A stretch of 64,000 nucleotides of DNA from Diplonema japonicum (lineage: Eukaryota; Protista; Euglenozoa: Diplonemea): positions 124,001-188,000 of the forward strand of contig OZ025719.1 of NCBI GenBank assembly GCA_964019335.1. Direction: 5' to 3'. A program made the position numbers and the translations under genes. Positions 23,172 through 34,147 of this stretch are shown one piece after another. A model generated the notes under the pieces. That model was not told the DNA's origin. It made no database searches and worked only from the letters and a program-made list of their open reading frames with translations. Each line of letters starts with the position of its first letter. Positions within the stretch are counted from its first letter, which is position 1.

Positions 23172-24430
23172 AAAATGTCCTATCTTTTTAAAAAAGAAAA
23201 ATATTTTTGATATTCGATTCGTTCAGTTTTTATTTTTTCCCTGGGGTTCCTCCCGCCTCTGTCCGCCCCTTACCTTGAAAGAAGAACGAGAAAAAAAAAA
23301 AAAAGTTAGTACAACAAGAAGCAAGGAGGAAGAAAAGAAGAAAATAATCATGAAAGCCTAAGATAAATATGCATTACGTAATTTTTATTTGCTAGCAACG
23401 GGAATCAACAAGGGTTCGGGGTGAAATGGAGAAGGGAAAAAAAAAAAAAAAAAAAAAAAAAAACAAGTGGGGTACCCCACCCCCTTTTTTTTTTCCCCAT
23501 TTCCTTCTTCCCTCGCTTTTTTTCCAACTAATTACCGCATATGGAATTATGCTGAAGTGGTTGCAATTATTCCTTTCTTCTCTGCCTCAACCTCTTTTTT
23601 TTCTTTTTTTTTTTTTTCTAGACAACTTTCAGGTACCGGTTTTGAATGATAATTGTTTAACGTATACGGCATTTTGCATAAAGTGCAAAACACGTAAGAA
23701 ATGCGTTTCATAGTTTAGCTCAAATCCTAACTGTTATGCGCAAAGTCGTGCCAGAGCACAAAATGCGACCATTATCAGTCTCAGCTCCAGTCTCTCCCTG
23801 TTTTTATTTTATTTATTTTTTTTTTTTTGTTTTTTTTTATATAAAAAAATGCGAAAATGCAGAAAAAAAAAAAAAAAAAAAAAAAAAAAATGTCCTATCT
23901 TTTTTAAAAAAAAAATATTTTTGATATTCGATTCGTTCAGTTTTTATTTTTTCCCTGGGGTTCCTCCCGCCTCTGTCCGCCCCTTACCTTGAAAGAAGAA
24001 CGAGAAAAAAAAAAGAAGCAAGGAGGAAGAAAAGAAGAAAATAATCATGAAAGCAAGATAAGTATGCATTACGTAATTTTTATTTGCTACACATGTTAGC
24101 AACGGGAATCAACAAGGGTTCAGGGGTGAAATGGAGAAGGAAAAAAAAAAAAAAACAAGTGGGGACCCCACCCTTTTTTTTTTTCCCCATTTCCTTCTTT
24201 CCTCGCTTTTTTTCCAACTAATTACCGCATATAGCCTCAACCTCTTTTTTTTTTTTTTCTAGACAACTTTCAGGTACCGCTGTTATGCGCAAAGTCGTGC
24301 CAGAGCACAAAATGCAACCATTATCAGTCTCAGCTCCAGTCTCTCCCTGTTTTTATTTTATTTTTTTTTTTGTTTTTTTTATATAAAAAAATGCGAAAAT
24401 GCAGAAAAAAAAAAAAAAAAAAAAAAAAAA
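23172..24430. repeat. Intergenic tandem duplication (~720-bp unit; second copy has internal deletions)
   Basis: ATGTCCTATCTTTTT...GATATTCGATTCGTTCAG starts at about 23175 and about 23890; both units end GCGAAAATGCAG(A)n. Confidence 0.8.
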
Positions 24431-24535
24431 GCGAGTGCGATTAGGGGCAGGGGGGTGGGAGCCCTTCCCTCAAAACCCTTTTTCTCTATACTTTATTATG
24501 CTTTTTCCCCCCTTCTTTCAAGATGGGAGAACAAC

Positions 24536-24568
<33 letters not shown>

Positions 24569-24602
24569 AAAATGAAAGGGGGAAAAAAATAACACGACTG
24601 GC

Positions 24603-24633
<31 letters not shown>

Positions 24634-24792
24634 TATGCTCCCTTTTTTTTTTTTTTTTTTTTTTTTTGCCGACCTCCCCTCCGCCCTTTTTTTCACTCCT
24701 ATTTTTTACCTGCACACATCCAGTTAAAAACAAATGATTATAAAAAAATAAAAGGTTACAACTCTCCCCTCCCCCCACCCCCTTCTATACTT

Positions 24793-25578
24793 ATGTCAGC
24801 GATCTTTCTTCGAGGATGCTGTGGAAGTCTGAAATTGGCCGAGTTAAGGTGCTTGGGGCACGAAACGCACCAGGTCCACCTGGTGTCCAAGAAGCACGGC
24901 GACCTTGGTAAGAAGGACATTATTGTGTATTTTTCTGGCGAACAGCACAGCGAGGAAGAACAAAAGGCAAGACTACGGAATAACCTGCAAAATAGGGTAA
25001 TGGAAGTCAAAACTATACCCCTAAAGAATGAGCCCCAACCTCGCAGGCCAACAACAAGGGTAGTCATGATTCAGGTCCAAGGTGTCAACTCATTGAGTAA
25101 CCCCGATACCGTTCTACTAAAGGAGCTTTTTTCAGTGATCACCGATATTAAAGTTGGTGAAAAGCAATGGGAGGTGGGAAAAAACAGAAGAAGGAGCTTT
25201 GTGTGCACGATGTACGCACAATTGGAATCTCCTGAAGATGGGGCGTATGTGGCAAACTGTTGTAATCCAGCGTTGGATGCCGAAAGGATCGATCTCTCCT
25301 GCGGTGTGGGGTATGTCAGCACACTTCAAACCTCACCGAAACCTTACGTTTTTCGACATGACATCCATGTGAAGGGGAAAAACAGGCAAAGGACAGAATA
25401 CATTGACGACTCGTTTAGCAGCTCGAGTGCTGAAGGCACGGTGCAAGAATCATATTGCCACGATCCTTACCTTCCAGGAGCGCCGGTTTGGTCTGGCAGC
25501 TTCAACTGCCCTCAACTCTATGTTGAGTTCAACGGTTACAACTACTATAACTACTACGGCGCCAATGCCTGGGCTTAA
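24793..25578 (+). CDS. Tandem family member 6: double RRM-like protein, HDPY and Y/N-rich tail
   Basis: ATG at 24793; AIFLRGC..HQVHLVSKKHGD.GKKDIIVY..TTRVVMIQV..TMYAQL..VANC..YVSTLQTSPKPYVFRH; HDPY at 25459-25470. Confidence 0.8.
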   Translation: MSAIFLRGCCGSLKLAELRCLGHETHQVHLVSKKHGDLGKKDIIVYFSGEQHSEEEQKARLRNNLQNRVMEVKTIPLKNEPQPRRPTTRVVMIQVQGVNSLSNPDTVLLKELFSVITDIKVGEKQWEVGKNRRRSFVCTMYAQLESPEDGAYVANCCNPALDAERIDLSCGVGYVSTLQTSPKPYVFRHDIHVKGKNRQRTEYIDDSFSSSSAEGTVQESYCHDPYLPGAPVWSGSFNCPQLYVEFNGYNYYNYYGANAWA

Positions 25579-26339
25579 AAGTTAGGACCTAAAAGACGCC
25601 ACCCCCCCCCCTCTTTTTATTATTATTTTTTTAAAAAAACAAAGAATGCGTTGGGCCGATGTGTGTGTGGTTTTGTTTCATTCTTTTCTCCCCCTCTAAA
25701 AAAAAAAAATGAGAAAAAAAAAAATGAAAAATCCTGTTAGGTAAAGCAAGGTTTTTTTTTTTTTTTTTTTTCTTCTTTTTTTTTTTTTTTTCCTCCCTAC
25801 CATCAACGTAAAATATTTTTTTATTTAAAAAGGGGAGCAAGACGCCAGGCCCAAGTCCAAGGTGGGTAACAACACCTCACCTGCATTGCACTCCACAACA
25901 GCTGACATGAGATCTCTTTTTAAAATATGGCAGGCCGGAGTTGCTGCGAAGCTTCCTCCCTGCAGTAACAGAGCCACACCGCCTGGGGTTGAGGTGTACC
26001 CGTAAGGGCGTCGTAGGTTTACTGGCACGCGATCGAATTCTTTTCTTCTTCCTTTTTTATTTTTGTTTTTTTTGTTTTTATCTAAACTGCTACCGCCTGA
26101 CTTTCGCACACACGCATGAGTGGTGCGCGTGAAGTCGGTGGTGCAACATCTGAAAAAAAAAAAATATGCCGAAACACATCAGGAGCGTGTTTGCAGCTTT
26201 ACTGGCGGAAAACTGACCCTCACAGCGAAAGGAGGAAGGGGGAGGGGAAAAAAAAAAAAAAAAAAGCTTTGCCCGAAGATGCCGTACCTTACCCTCCGGC
26301 GTAGTATCGTTTATTTTCTATGTTTTCTCTTCTTCTTCT

Positions 26340-26373
<34 letters not shown>

Positions 26374-27195
26374 CTACTCTTTTTTGATTTTTTGTAAATC
26401 TTTCCGCCCGCCCCCCTCCGTTTGAAAATTCTCATCTACATTACAAAAAAAAAAAAAAAAAAAAACCCACCCCGATTTTAAGTGAGAATCCTTTTCATTC
26501 TTTTCCTCCCCTTGCTCGTCTCCCCCCCTTTTTTTTTCCCGTTAGTTCGGTTTTATTTTTGCCAGGGTGTACAAGTCCTCCTTAATTCTTTGAGCCTGTG
26601 GTGTGTTTTTTTTTTTTTTTTCTTTTTTTTTTTAAGGCATGCAGCTTTCGTCTCTGGGAGTTTGCATGTTAATTTGGGTTTTTTTATATTATTTCCTCCT
26701 TCGAATTCGTGAACACAAAAGTAAAAAAAAAAAAAAAAAAAAATTGTGTTTTTTTTGAAATTACTAAACATGATTAATTGGGGAGAGGGGAAGCTTACCG
26801 TGAACTGGCTCAGGGTTCAGTTCGTGGTGATGCAAAACGACCCCTCTCCAGAAAAAAGGGGGGGGGAGGACCACTCACACCTTTTTTTTTTGTTTGCCCT
26901 GCGAGGTAAAGTAATTTCATGTGAAATAAAAAAGCCACCTGGCTTTTCTTTCTCTCTCTTTTTTTTTTTTGTTCGTCTAAAAAAAATCTCCGATTGCACG
27001 AGTCCTTAGCATACCTGGACCCTCGGCTGCAACGGCGAATAATGTGTTGAGAAAATCAAAAATTGCTTTGGTCCTCGAGACATAGTTTTATTGTTGTACC
27101 TTTTCTGAGCAGATTTCGTCGTTAATTCATCGGCGAAAATCTGGTAACCTTCTCTATCTCTTTTTTTTTTCTTTTTTTTCTTTCTTCTTTTTTTT

Positions 27196-27285
27196 CCAGG
27201 GAACGACCCCAAAAGGGGAGCATCATAAGGTAGGCACGCCACCGCGGCGGGCCGTTGCTAACCACTTCGTTCCTATCATGGCGGA
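27196..27285 (+). mobile_element. 3' end of non-LTR family D between T-runs
   Basis: CAGGGAACGACCCCAAAAGG...GGCGGGCCGTTGCTAACCACTTCGTTCCTATCAT matches 12184-12250. Confidence 0.65.
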
Positions 27286-27806
27286 TTTTTTTTTTTTTTT
27301 TTTCAATCTCTCTCCCTTCAAACTTAGGTAGCACGTTTTTGTTTCCTTTTTTTTTTTTTTTTTTCTTTCCCCCTTTTTTGTATGCTGATACTGTCCCAGT
27401 TTTCTTTTTCTTCCTTCTTTTAATATTATGAGCTGAAAACGCGTTGTTATTTTAGTCATCAAAAAGAAGAAGAAGAAAAACCTTGCTTAAAAGCTTTTTT
27501 TTTTTTTTTTTTTTTTTTTTTAGGAATATCAAAGGGGCAGTATCTGTGAGTTACCGATAATCATTTCGCACAAACAATAAAAAATAATAATAATAATAAC
27601 CTAGCCCGCCGTATTTGTACTTAAGAGTGAAAACGGGAAGGGAAAAAAAAAAAAAAAAAAAACAGTTCTTTCGCCTGTTAAGTGTACGTGTTTATTTTAA
27701 AATTTCGTATTTTTAGTTTTTTGTTGGGGCGGATGGAGTTCCATCCGTTTCAAACATATTCCGCTCCAAATCCATATTGAGTACAAATACGGTCCCTCCC
27801 CCCCTG

Positions 27807-27910
27807 GGGCTATACTGGCAGGAAGGAAACGTGTTTCCAAGCTTTTTTTTTTTTTTGAAAATAAAGTAACGGAAACGGAAACGTTTCCCCGTTTCTTGCC
27901 AACACAGCCC
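27807..27910. mobile_element. Short MITE, relative of 5771-6292
   Basis: GGGCTATACTGGCA ... TGCCAACACAGCCC termini; AAACGGAAACGTTTCCCC core. Confidence 0.6.
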
Positions 27911-28162
27911 CCCTCCCCCCCCCCCCCCCCCCCCCTCTTTACTGGCACGCTTTGCGCTTTATGTGGTAGAAAACTGGATGGCCATTCTGCCGTAATGAGC
28001 GGACACAGCTTCACCACTGCAAAACACACTGGAAAAAAAAAAAAAGAAGAAAATCGTGGATCTCCTTTCAGTGTCAATTACTTCGATTATGTCCCTTTCT
28101 CCCCATTTTTTTTTTGATTTCCCCCCCCCCCTTTTTTTTTGTTAAGCGACAAACAAAAAAAA

Positions 28163-29227
28163 GAGATGAGATAAAGGAGGTTCCTGTTTTGGAACGTCCC
28201 CCTTGTCTCTACTTATCTACCCCTTTCTCCCTTCTGGGGCCTCGGCCTTTCTTTCTTTTTTGGCTGTGTTGCCTTCCTCAAAGTATCCTCCCTTTCTTCT
28301 TGCCACTTTCTGCCCAGTTTCTTAAGATCCTTCTTGGTTTTCTCTGATGCAAAAACTGGCCTTCTGTTCCATCCCAGACTCTTCTTCGCACCTATGGTTC
28401 TAAGCGCGTGGTTCTTCTTGCTCTCCGCTGGGAAGATCCGCTTGCCTCTGACCTTCTTCTGTATGCGTGCTGTGTCCCACCCTTCTTGGATTCTTTCCAG
28501 GAGGCCGTGGAAACTCCGCGCTTTCTTCTGTATCATGTCTAGATCACCCTTCTTCCCCGTGATCGGCTCGACGCCCAGCGTGTTCTCGAAGTCTAGTACG
28601 AGTTCCATTGTGGTGACTGTCGTCTTCCTCGGTCCATCGTACCACTTCAGCTTTTTGAGCCACTTGACGATGTCTTCACCGTGCTTCATCATCAGGCTCC
28701 CGCTCACATGCTTCCTCAGCTCCTTCCATTCAGGTGGCGCATGAGCGTTTCCTTCCGTTATCTGTTCCCAGGGGTGCGTCGTGTACGTTTCTAGCTTTCT
28801 CTTGTCCTGGAGAAGCTGGTCCCGTTTTGCCACCACTTCCAGTTGCGTCTTCCTCAGCCGGTGTTGGTGTGTTCGGTGACCACGCGGGAGCGTTCCATGT
28901 AGCTGCATGCAGATTGGCATTTCCGTCTTGTTGGCCACTACTTCTGCATGTACTTCCTTCTGTTGCACCTCCTTCGCCACACTGCATTCCCATAATGCGT
29001 GTCGCAGCATGTTGCTCTCGTCCTCCTCCGCACCGCACGCGTCGCATGTGACTTCGTCTGTTGTTGGTCTCTTGTTCACACGCTCGTGTGTCTCGTCCCC
29101 TTCCTCTTCCGAGCTGTCCTCGCTTTCGCTCTGCTCGCCCTCTGGGGGTGGTACCCGTCTGGTGATTTTGTCCTGGTACCACGCCTTTGGGTGGGTGTTG
29201 AAAACCCCTCCCGCCACGATCCTCCGG
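28163..29227 (-). mobile_element. 5'-truncated non-LTR retrotransposon (family A), minus-strand copy
   Basis: Near-identical to 59346-60426 apart from a 9-nt in-frame deletion (QYYLLE to QLE) and a few substitutions; zinc-knuckle CDACG..E..HALWEC; A-runs at 28155-28162 and 29229-29238 are T-runs on its coding strand. Confidence 0.8.
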
Positions 29228-29340
29228 CAAAAAAAAAATATACCCTCCCTGACTTTTTTTATTATTATTATGTACATCACAAAAAAAAGAAAAAAGAATT
29301 TCTTTCAAACAGGTTAACAACAACCCTGCAAGCATTTACC

Positions 29341-30075
29341 ATGGACGGGGTCCTCCTCAAGGGTTGTGCGGCATCGGTGCCTTCTCAATGGGAAGGGTTT
29401 GTTACCCAGAATGTTCACATGGTTTCGTCTCAGTACCCTGGTCTTAAGAACATCACGCTCCATTGCAAGAATGTGAAGCACGCCGTGAAGATGCTCAAGA
29501 AGAAGCTGGAGAATGATGTTAAGGACATCAAAGGAATAAAAATTCTTGAAAAGGACCCGAGGCCTCCTCACATGGGGGTGCTGCTGCAGCTTCACTACAA
29601 CAATGAAGTACGACGCCCCAGCAACGCTGACGTTGATTATGTTGTAAAGGAGTTCGAAGTGAGATCGGGAACAACAGTTCTTCAATCTCAATTGCCGAAG
29701 AAATCAAAATCGGGCACGCTCCACACAGTTTACCTCAAAATGGAGAACAAGGAAATCGCAGCAAAAGTAGCGAACTACAAATCACCAGCAATGGACACAG
29801 TCTGCATGGTTCTCCCAAGCGGGGCAACCACCTACGCCTCAACACTGCAAACCGACCAGTACTACTCTCATGAGGAGAATGTGAAGAAGGAGAAGCGGGT
29901 AAAAGTTGCTAGTACTTTTACTCACAACCCTTACGAGCACATCGAGTCGTGCCAGGGTACGTGGTGCGCTGTCTGTCTTCCGGGACCTTACGATTACCCT
30001 TTTGATTGTCTCCCCGACCCCTTTTATCCCTTCCCCATCATGGATTTATTTGAAGCAAATTATGGCCATAATTGA
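29341..30075 (+). CDS. Tandem family member 7: double RRM-like protein with THNPY
   Basis: ATG at 29341; GVLLKGC..QNVHMVS..LKNITL..VLLQL..TVYLKM..VAN..PAMD..YASTLQT..YSH; HNPY at 29923-29934. Confidence 0.8.
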   Translation: MDGVLLKGCAASVPSQWEGFVTQNVHMVSSQYPGLKNITLHCKNVKHAVKMLKKKLENDVKDIKGIKILEKDPRPPHMGVLLQLHYNNEVRRPSNADVDYVVKEFEVRSGTTVLQSQLPKKSKSGTLHTVYLKMENKEIAAKVANYKSPAMDTVCMVLPSGATTYASTLQTDQYYSHEENVKKEKRVKVASTFTHNPYEHIESCQGTWCAVCLPGPYDYPFDCLPDPFYPFPIMDLFEANYGHN

Positions 30076-30094
30076 CGGCCATATAAATATAAAA

Positions 30095-30129
<35 letters not shown>

Positions 30130-30412
30130 CTGATAGTTCAGAGAAGAAGAAAGCGGTGACCCCCCCCCTACAAAATTCTTTTGTTTCGCAAACAACCCTT
30201 TTTGGGTGTTTTTTTGTGGGGAAGTAGTACCGCGACGAAATTATAAAAAAATGGCTTTTTTTTTTCTTTTTTTTTTTTTTTTGAAATTCCCGAACTATCA
30301 GATAAAATAATTTAAAAAAAGAAGAAAAAAAAACTCTCCTTTTGTCCTTCCCACCATGAACTGCTTAAACGGCTGTCGTTTTATGCAGTACGTACTACCT
30401 AGCTTCATTATT

Positions 30413-31257
30413 TAACTCCAGCAAGATTTCCGTGTGTGGGAGTGAAAATCAGAATTCACTTTATTTCACTCCTGACTTTATTTTAAAGAAATTGGGCCCA
30501 GGAGTGAAAAGAATTCTGATAGCGTTTAAAATAAGAAATATTATTTCCCTCCTGGGCCTAATTTAAGCAAAACCCTCCAAGAATTCCTACCAAGGTTCCT
30601 TTGAGATGGGCAAGAACCCGACTGCACAAGAGGCGGACGCAGCAGGGTTCACCCCCTTCCAAGAGCCATACGAAAAAGGAGTGGGCACGCTTTTGTGTGT
30701 TTCATTATGGGGAAGGAAAAGAAGGACCTGTCCGAAAGAAGAGAATTCCATTCTATTTCAATGACATGAACAACCAAGGTTTGCTGTCCGTTCAGTCCGG
30801 ACGGCTTGTTCAAGGCTAAACTCGGTTGTGAAGAGGAATTACAACAAGCAGTTGCAAGACCACCCCCGACTAAAGGTCCCTCAAGAGGTTCCAAGAAGGC
30901 GAACATCTTTACCCAAGAGCAAATGATGGAATTCTTTAGCACCGGGTATGGCATCGTCCGCCACGCCTATGCAGCGTTGATGTTCGCAGGAAACATGTGC
31001 ACTACCGAGGCACATTTCTTATCCTTAGTTGTAATTTTTGTACCACCTGTACCTCCCACACACTCAAATTTTGCTGTCGTTAAATAAAATATCGTATTTG
31101 TGAATATAAGATTGATGATTTCACTTGTGGTGGCAGTTTTGGCTCGTTAAACGTTATAACACTCGCTTCGCTCGTGAAGTAATTCCCTCACTCGTCAAAA
31201 CCACTGCCACCACGCGTGAAATCATAGGATCTTTTATTCACTAAATAAATAGGTATT
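30413..31257 (+). mobile_element. Crypton-like element with a tyrosine-recombinase remnant
   Basis: Ends TAACTCCAG.. and ..TTCACTAAATAAATAGGTATT mirror those of 19231-19995; CTCGCTTCGCTCG hairpin core; KKANIFTQEQMMEFF..ALMFAGNMCTTEA resembles the start of a YR catalytic domain (G-x-x-R-x-x-E, R read as C). Confidence 0.55.
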
Positions 31258-31291
31258 TTGTTTCCATTCTGAATAAAAGTTTCTCGTTTAA

Positions 31292-33032
31292 CCCATAAAG
31301 GACCGGAGCTGAATATTCAGCTAAAAAGTTTTTTTTTAATTTTGCTAAGGCATTTTTAGTGCTCTGCATGCCCACTCTTTAAAGAGGGGCCTTATTGCGC
31401 GACTTTCTTTTACTGAACGCTGTATCGCTCGTAAATCTTTGCATCCAACCTGCAAGGGGAGAAAAAAAATAGTGGCACAGACATTGTTTTTTTTTACACC
31501 CCATAAGGAGTAGTGCCGAAAGCACTTCTAGAAAATCGAGAAGGTGGGGAGGAAAATATTTCGCAAGGTGCCGGGTCCAAGTGTACCAGTAGTGGGTCTC
31601 AACGGGCTGGAGGTTTTTCCTTTGTTTTTGATAGGGCGGCCCTCCAGCAGGGGGCTTGTCCTGTACTTTGAGTTTGTTTTTCACTCCTGCGGCTCGTGAG
31701 GTGGGCAGCAAGCCATTCGAGTGGTATAGAGGCCTTTGGATACTTAAAGGGCTCATAATCAAGACAGATATCAAGGTATACTGGGCACAGGATGAACTCA
31801 CAGATACCCCATATTCACAAAATTTCAGAACGGTAATGGAAAGAAACAGGCTCCTGAAAATAATGCGCCAAATGCGGTTTGGGTTGCCCCCTGGTGGAGG
31901 AGAAAGGAGATAGAATGGCTAAAGGGCGCAATCTTATAAACCTTGTGGTTCCTTCTTGGTCATCCCTGTATGTACCCAAGCGAAACCTTGCTGTGGATGA
32001 ACCATCATACGCTGTAGAAGCCGTGTCGGGTTCATTGTTTGTGAGCCGAAGAAGAGGAAGCGCACACAAGGTCCGAGGTGCCGCAGATATGCGACTTGTC
32101 CAATTTAAACGTATTTCTATTTTCAAGTGGTTTTCAAGAGGTTTTCAGGTGGTTTTTTAAGGTGTTAATGTGAAAAAATTCGAAACAGGGCACAGAGCAC
32201 AGGGCACATTGCTACGTTGCAATCTCTGCACGAGAACATGGCCTGGGTGCGTTTTTTCTCATTTGTTGCACACAGTGCAATTCTGTGCCTTTTGCATCTT
32301 TTCAGGACATTAAAGGTGCACCCTTGATACGTGAAAGTGCACCCTGAGGGGTAGGAATCTTAGGCTCCGGCGGGGAACACTTGATGTGGGTGCCACCCTT
32401 TTGCGATGATGTTGTTTGACAAGATTTCTTTGCCACACACTTGCTGACGCTGAATGGGTACTCTGGGAGCAATTTCCGGGTTTTCCTGATGGTCCCCATG
32501 CAGTGGAAATCCGCATTGTAAATCCGTATCAACAATGGGACAAGCGAAAGCAGTTGTCAAAGACAATCCAGTAATTCTGGTGCTGATATTCGGTGAGCAG
32601 CTCTGCCTCTTTCCCCCGGGTGCCCGCACCGGTACAAACAATCATGTTTAGAGTGTAACCGGTGTCTGAATCGCATTTTGAACCCATAACGCTTCCTCTT
32701 CTTCGGCTCACAAACAATGAACCCGACACGAAGTGGTGAAAAAAAAATAACCAGCCCACCCTGCACGCTGAATAAGCGCTGCTTGCTGAAACCATGGAAC
32801 CTCCGGATAGCATGTGCCCTTTGCAAGAGTTGTTTCTCTCAAATGCTGCTCTACCACCAAAGTTTGGGCGCGTCTGGGGCTGAAATGCAGGCCGCTTCGC
32901 GCTCCAGAAATGGGGTAGTGAAAATAATATAGGTACACACCCTCTAACTCCACCCTCGCCATTTTATTTTGGTATTTGAACGAAAAGTTCAAAATCGACT
33001 TTTAAGACAAAAAAATAGCGGTCCTTTATGGG
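31292..33032 (+). mobile_element. Defective piggyBac transposon with an internal inversion
   Basis: TTAA|CCCATAAAGGACCG ... CGGTCCTTTATGGG|TTGG; same family as 13943-15152; segment ~32064-32730 carries transposase motifs (WIVFDN, MGTIRK, Cys-rich tail) on the minus strand. Confidence 0.85.
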
Positions 33033-33318
33033 TTGGTAAAACAGGTAGGTAAATAACTGTTGCCTAAGAAGCTAGTTCCCTAGTTGGGGGACAACTTCGC
33101 CCTGTCAGCTTGGCCTAATTTCAGAAGGAAATAAAATGAAGTTCCCCCTTTTTTTTTAATTTATTTTTTTTTGGTTTGTTTAGTTTGCTTGTTTATTTTC
33201 CCTCCCTTCATTTCCTTTTTTGTTTTTGTTTTTTTTTTTTTGTTTTTTTTTTTTTTTTTTTTACCTCGAAACACTTGTTCACAATCGTCCCCCCCCCCCC
33301 CCCCCCCCCCCCTGGGCC

Positions 33319-33504
33319 TAGGGGGGTCATATGGTCCTTAAAAAGGGCCACTTTTTGCCCTTTTTCGCCAAGGATATTTTGGGCCCTTAAAAAAACTGTA
33401 ACCACCCCAAAAGTGCCCACAAATCACCCAAACCCCCGTTTCCCGATGGTTTGGCGAAGAGCCTGAAAAAGGGCAAATAACGACCCCCTTTTGACCCCCC
33501 CCCC
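33319..33504. mobile_element. MITE-like repeat AGGGGGGTCA...TGACCCCCC
   Basis: Inverted termini; internal match to 2096-2291. Confidence 0.55.
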
Positions 33505-34147
33505 TCTTTTTTCAAAATCTTTTAAAAAAATAACTATGATCCCATTGTATTCTCTCGGCCAGTACCTCTTTCCCCTTTTCTCTTTTTTTGTTTCCCTTGT
33601 CCCATCTTCTTCCTAATCACTCATACATGAGTGTTGCAAGAAGGGAGAGGGGAAGAAAAGAAAACTGAAAAAGGAAGGCAGCAGGCAGGGGTGGGGGGGG
33701 ACATAGTTATGTGTTTGCGATTACACCTTGGATGACATTATTAAACACCACATGGTTTTTTTTCGTCATTTTTATTTTCATTCTTTGCTACCTGTTGGCG
33801 CTGCTACGGGGGAAAAAAAAAGAAAAAAGAAAAAAAAAAGAGAGAAAGGTGTGATTCTCTTCATGATCTTTTTCCGAATCTTTTTTTTTTTTTTTTTTTT
33901 TTTTTTTTGGCGAAAAAGGTATTTGTAATTTAGAACGGAAAAAAAAAAAAAAAGAAAAAAAAAAAAAAAAAAAAAAAAACTGCTTCGACGAAATATTTCT
34001 TGATTTCTTTTTCTCCAACTTGTTCGGTTTCTTGACTTTTTTTTTCTTTCTTTGCGACAAAAGGAATCGTTTCCTTTCCTGCTTCATAAAAAAAAAAAAA
34101 AAAAAAAAAAAAGAATCACAGACCACTCTCGACACCCCTCCCTCACT

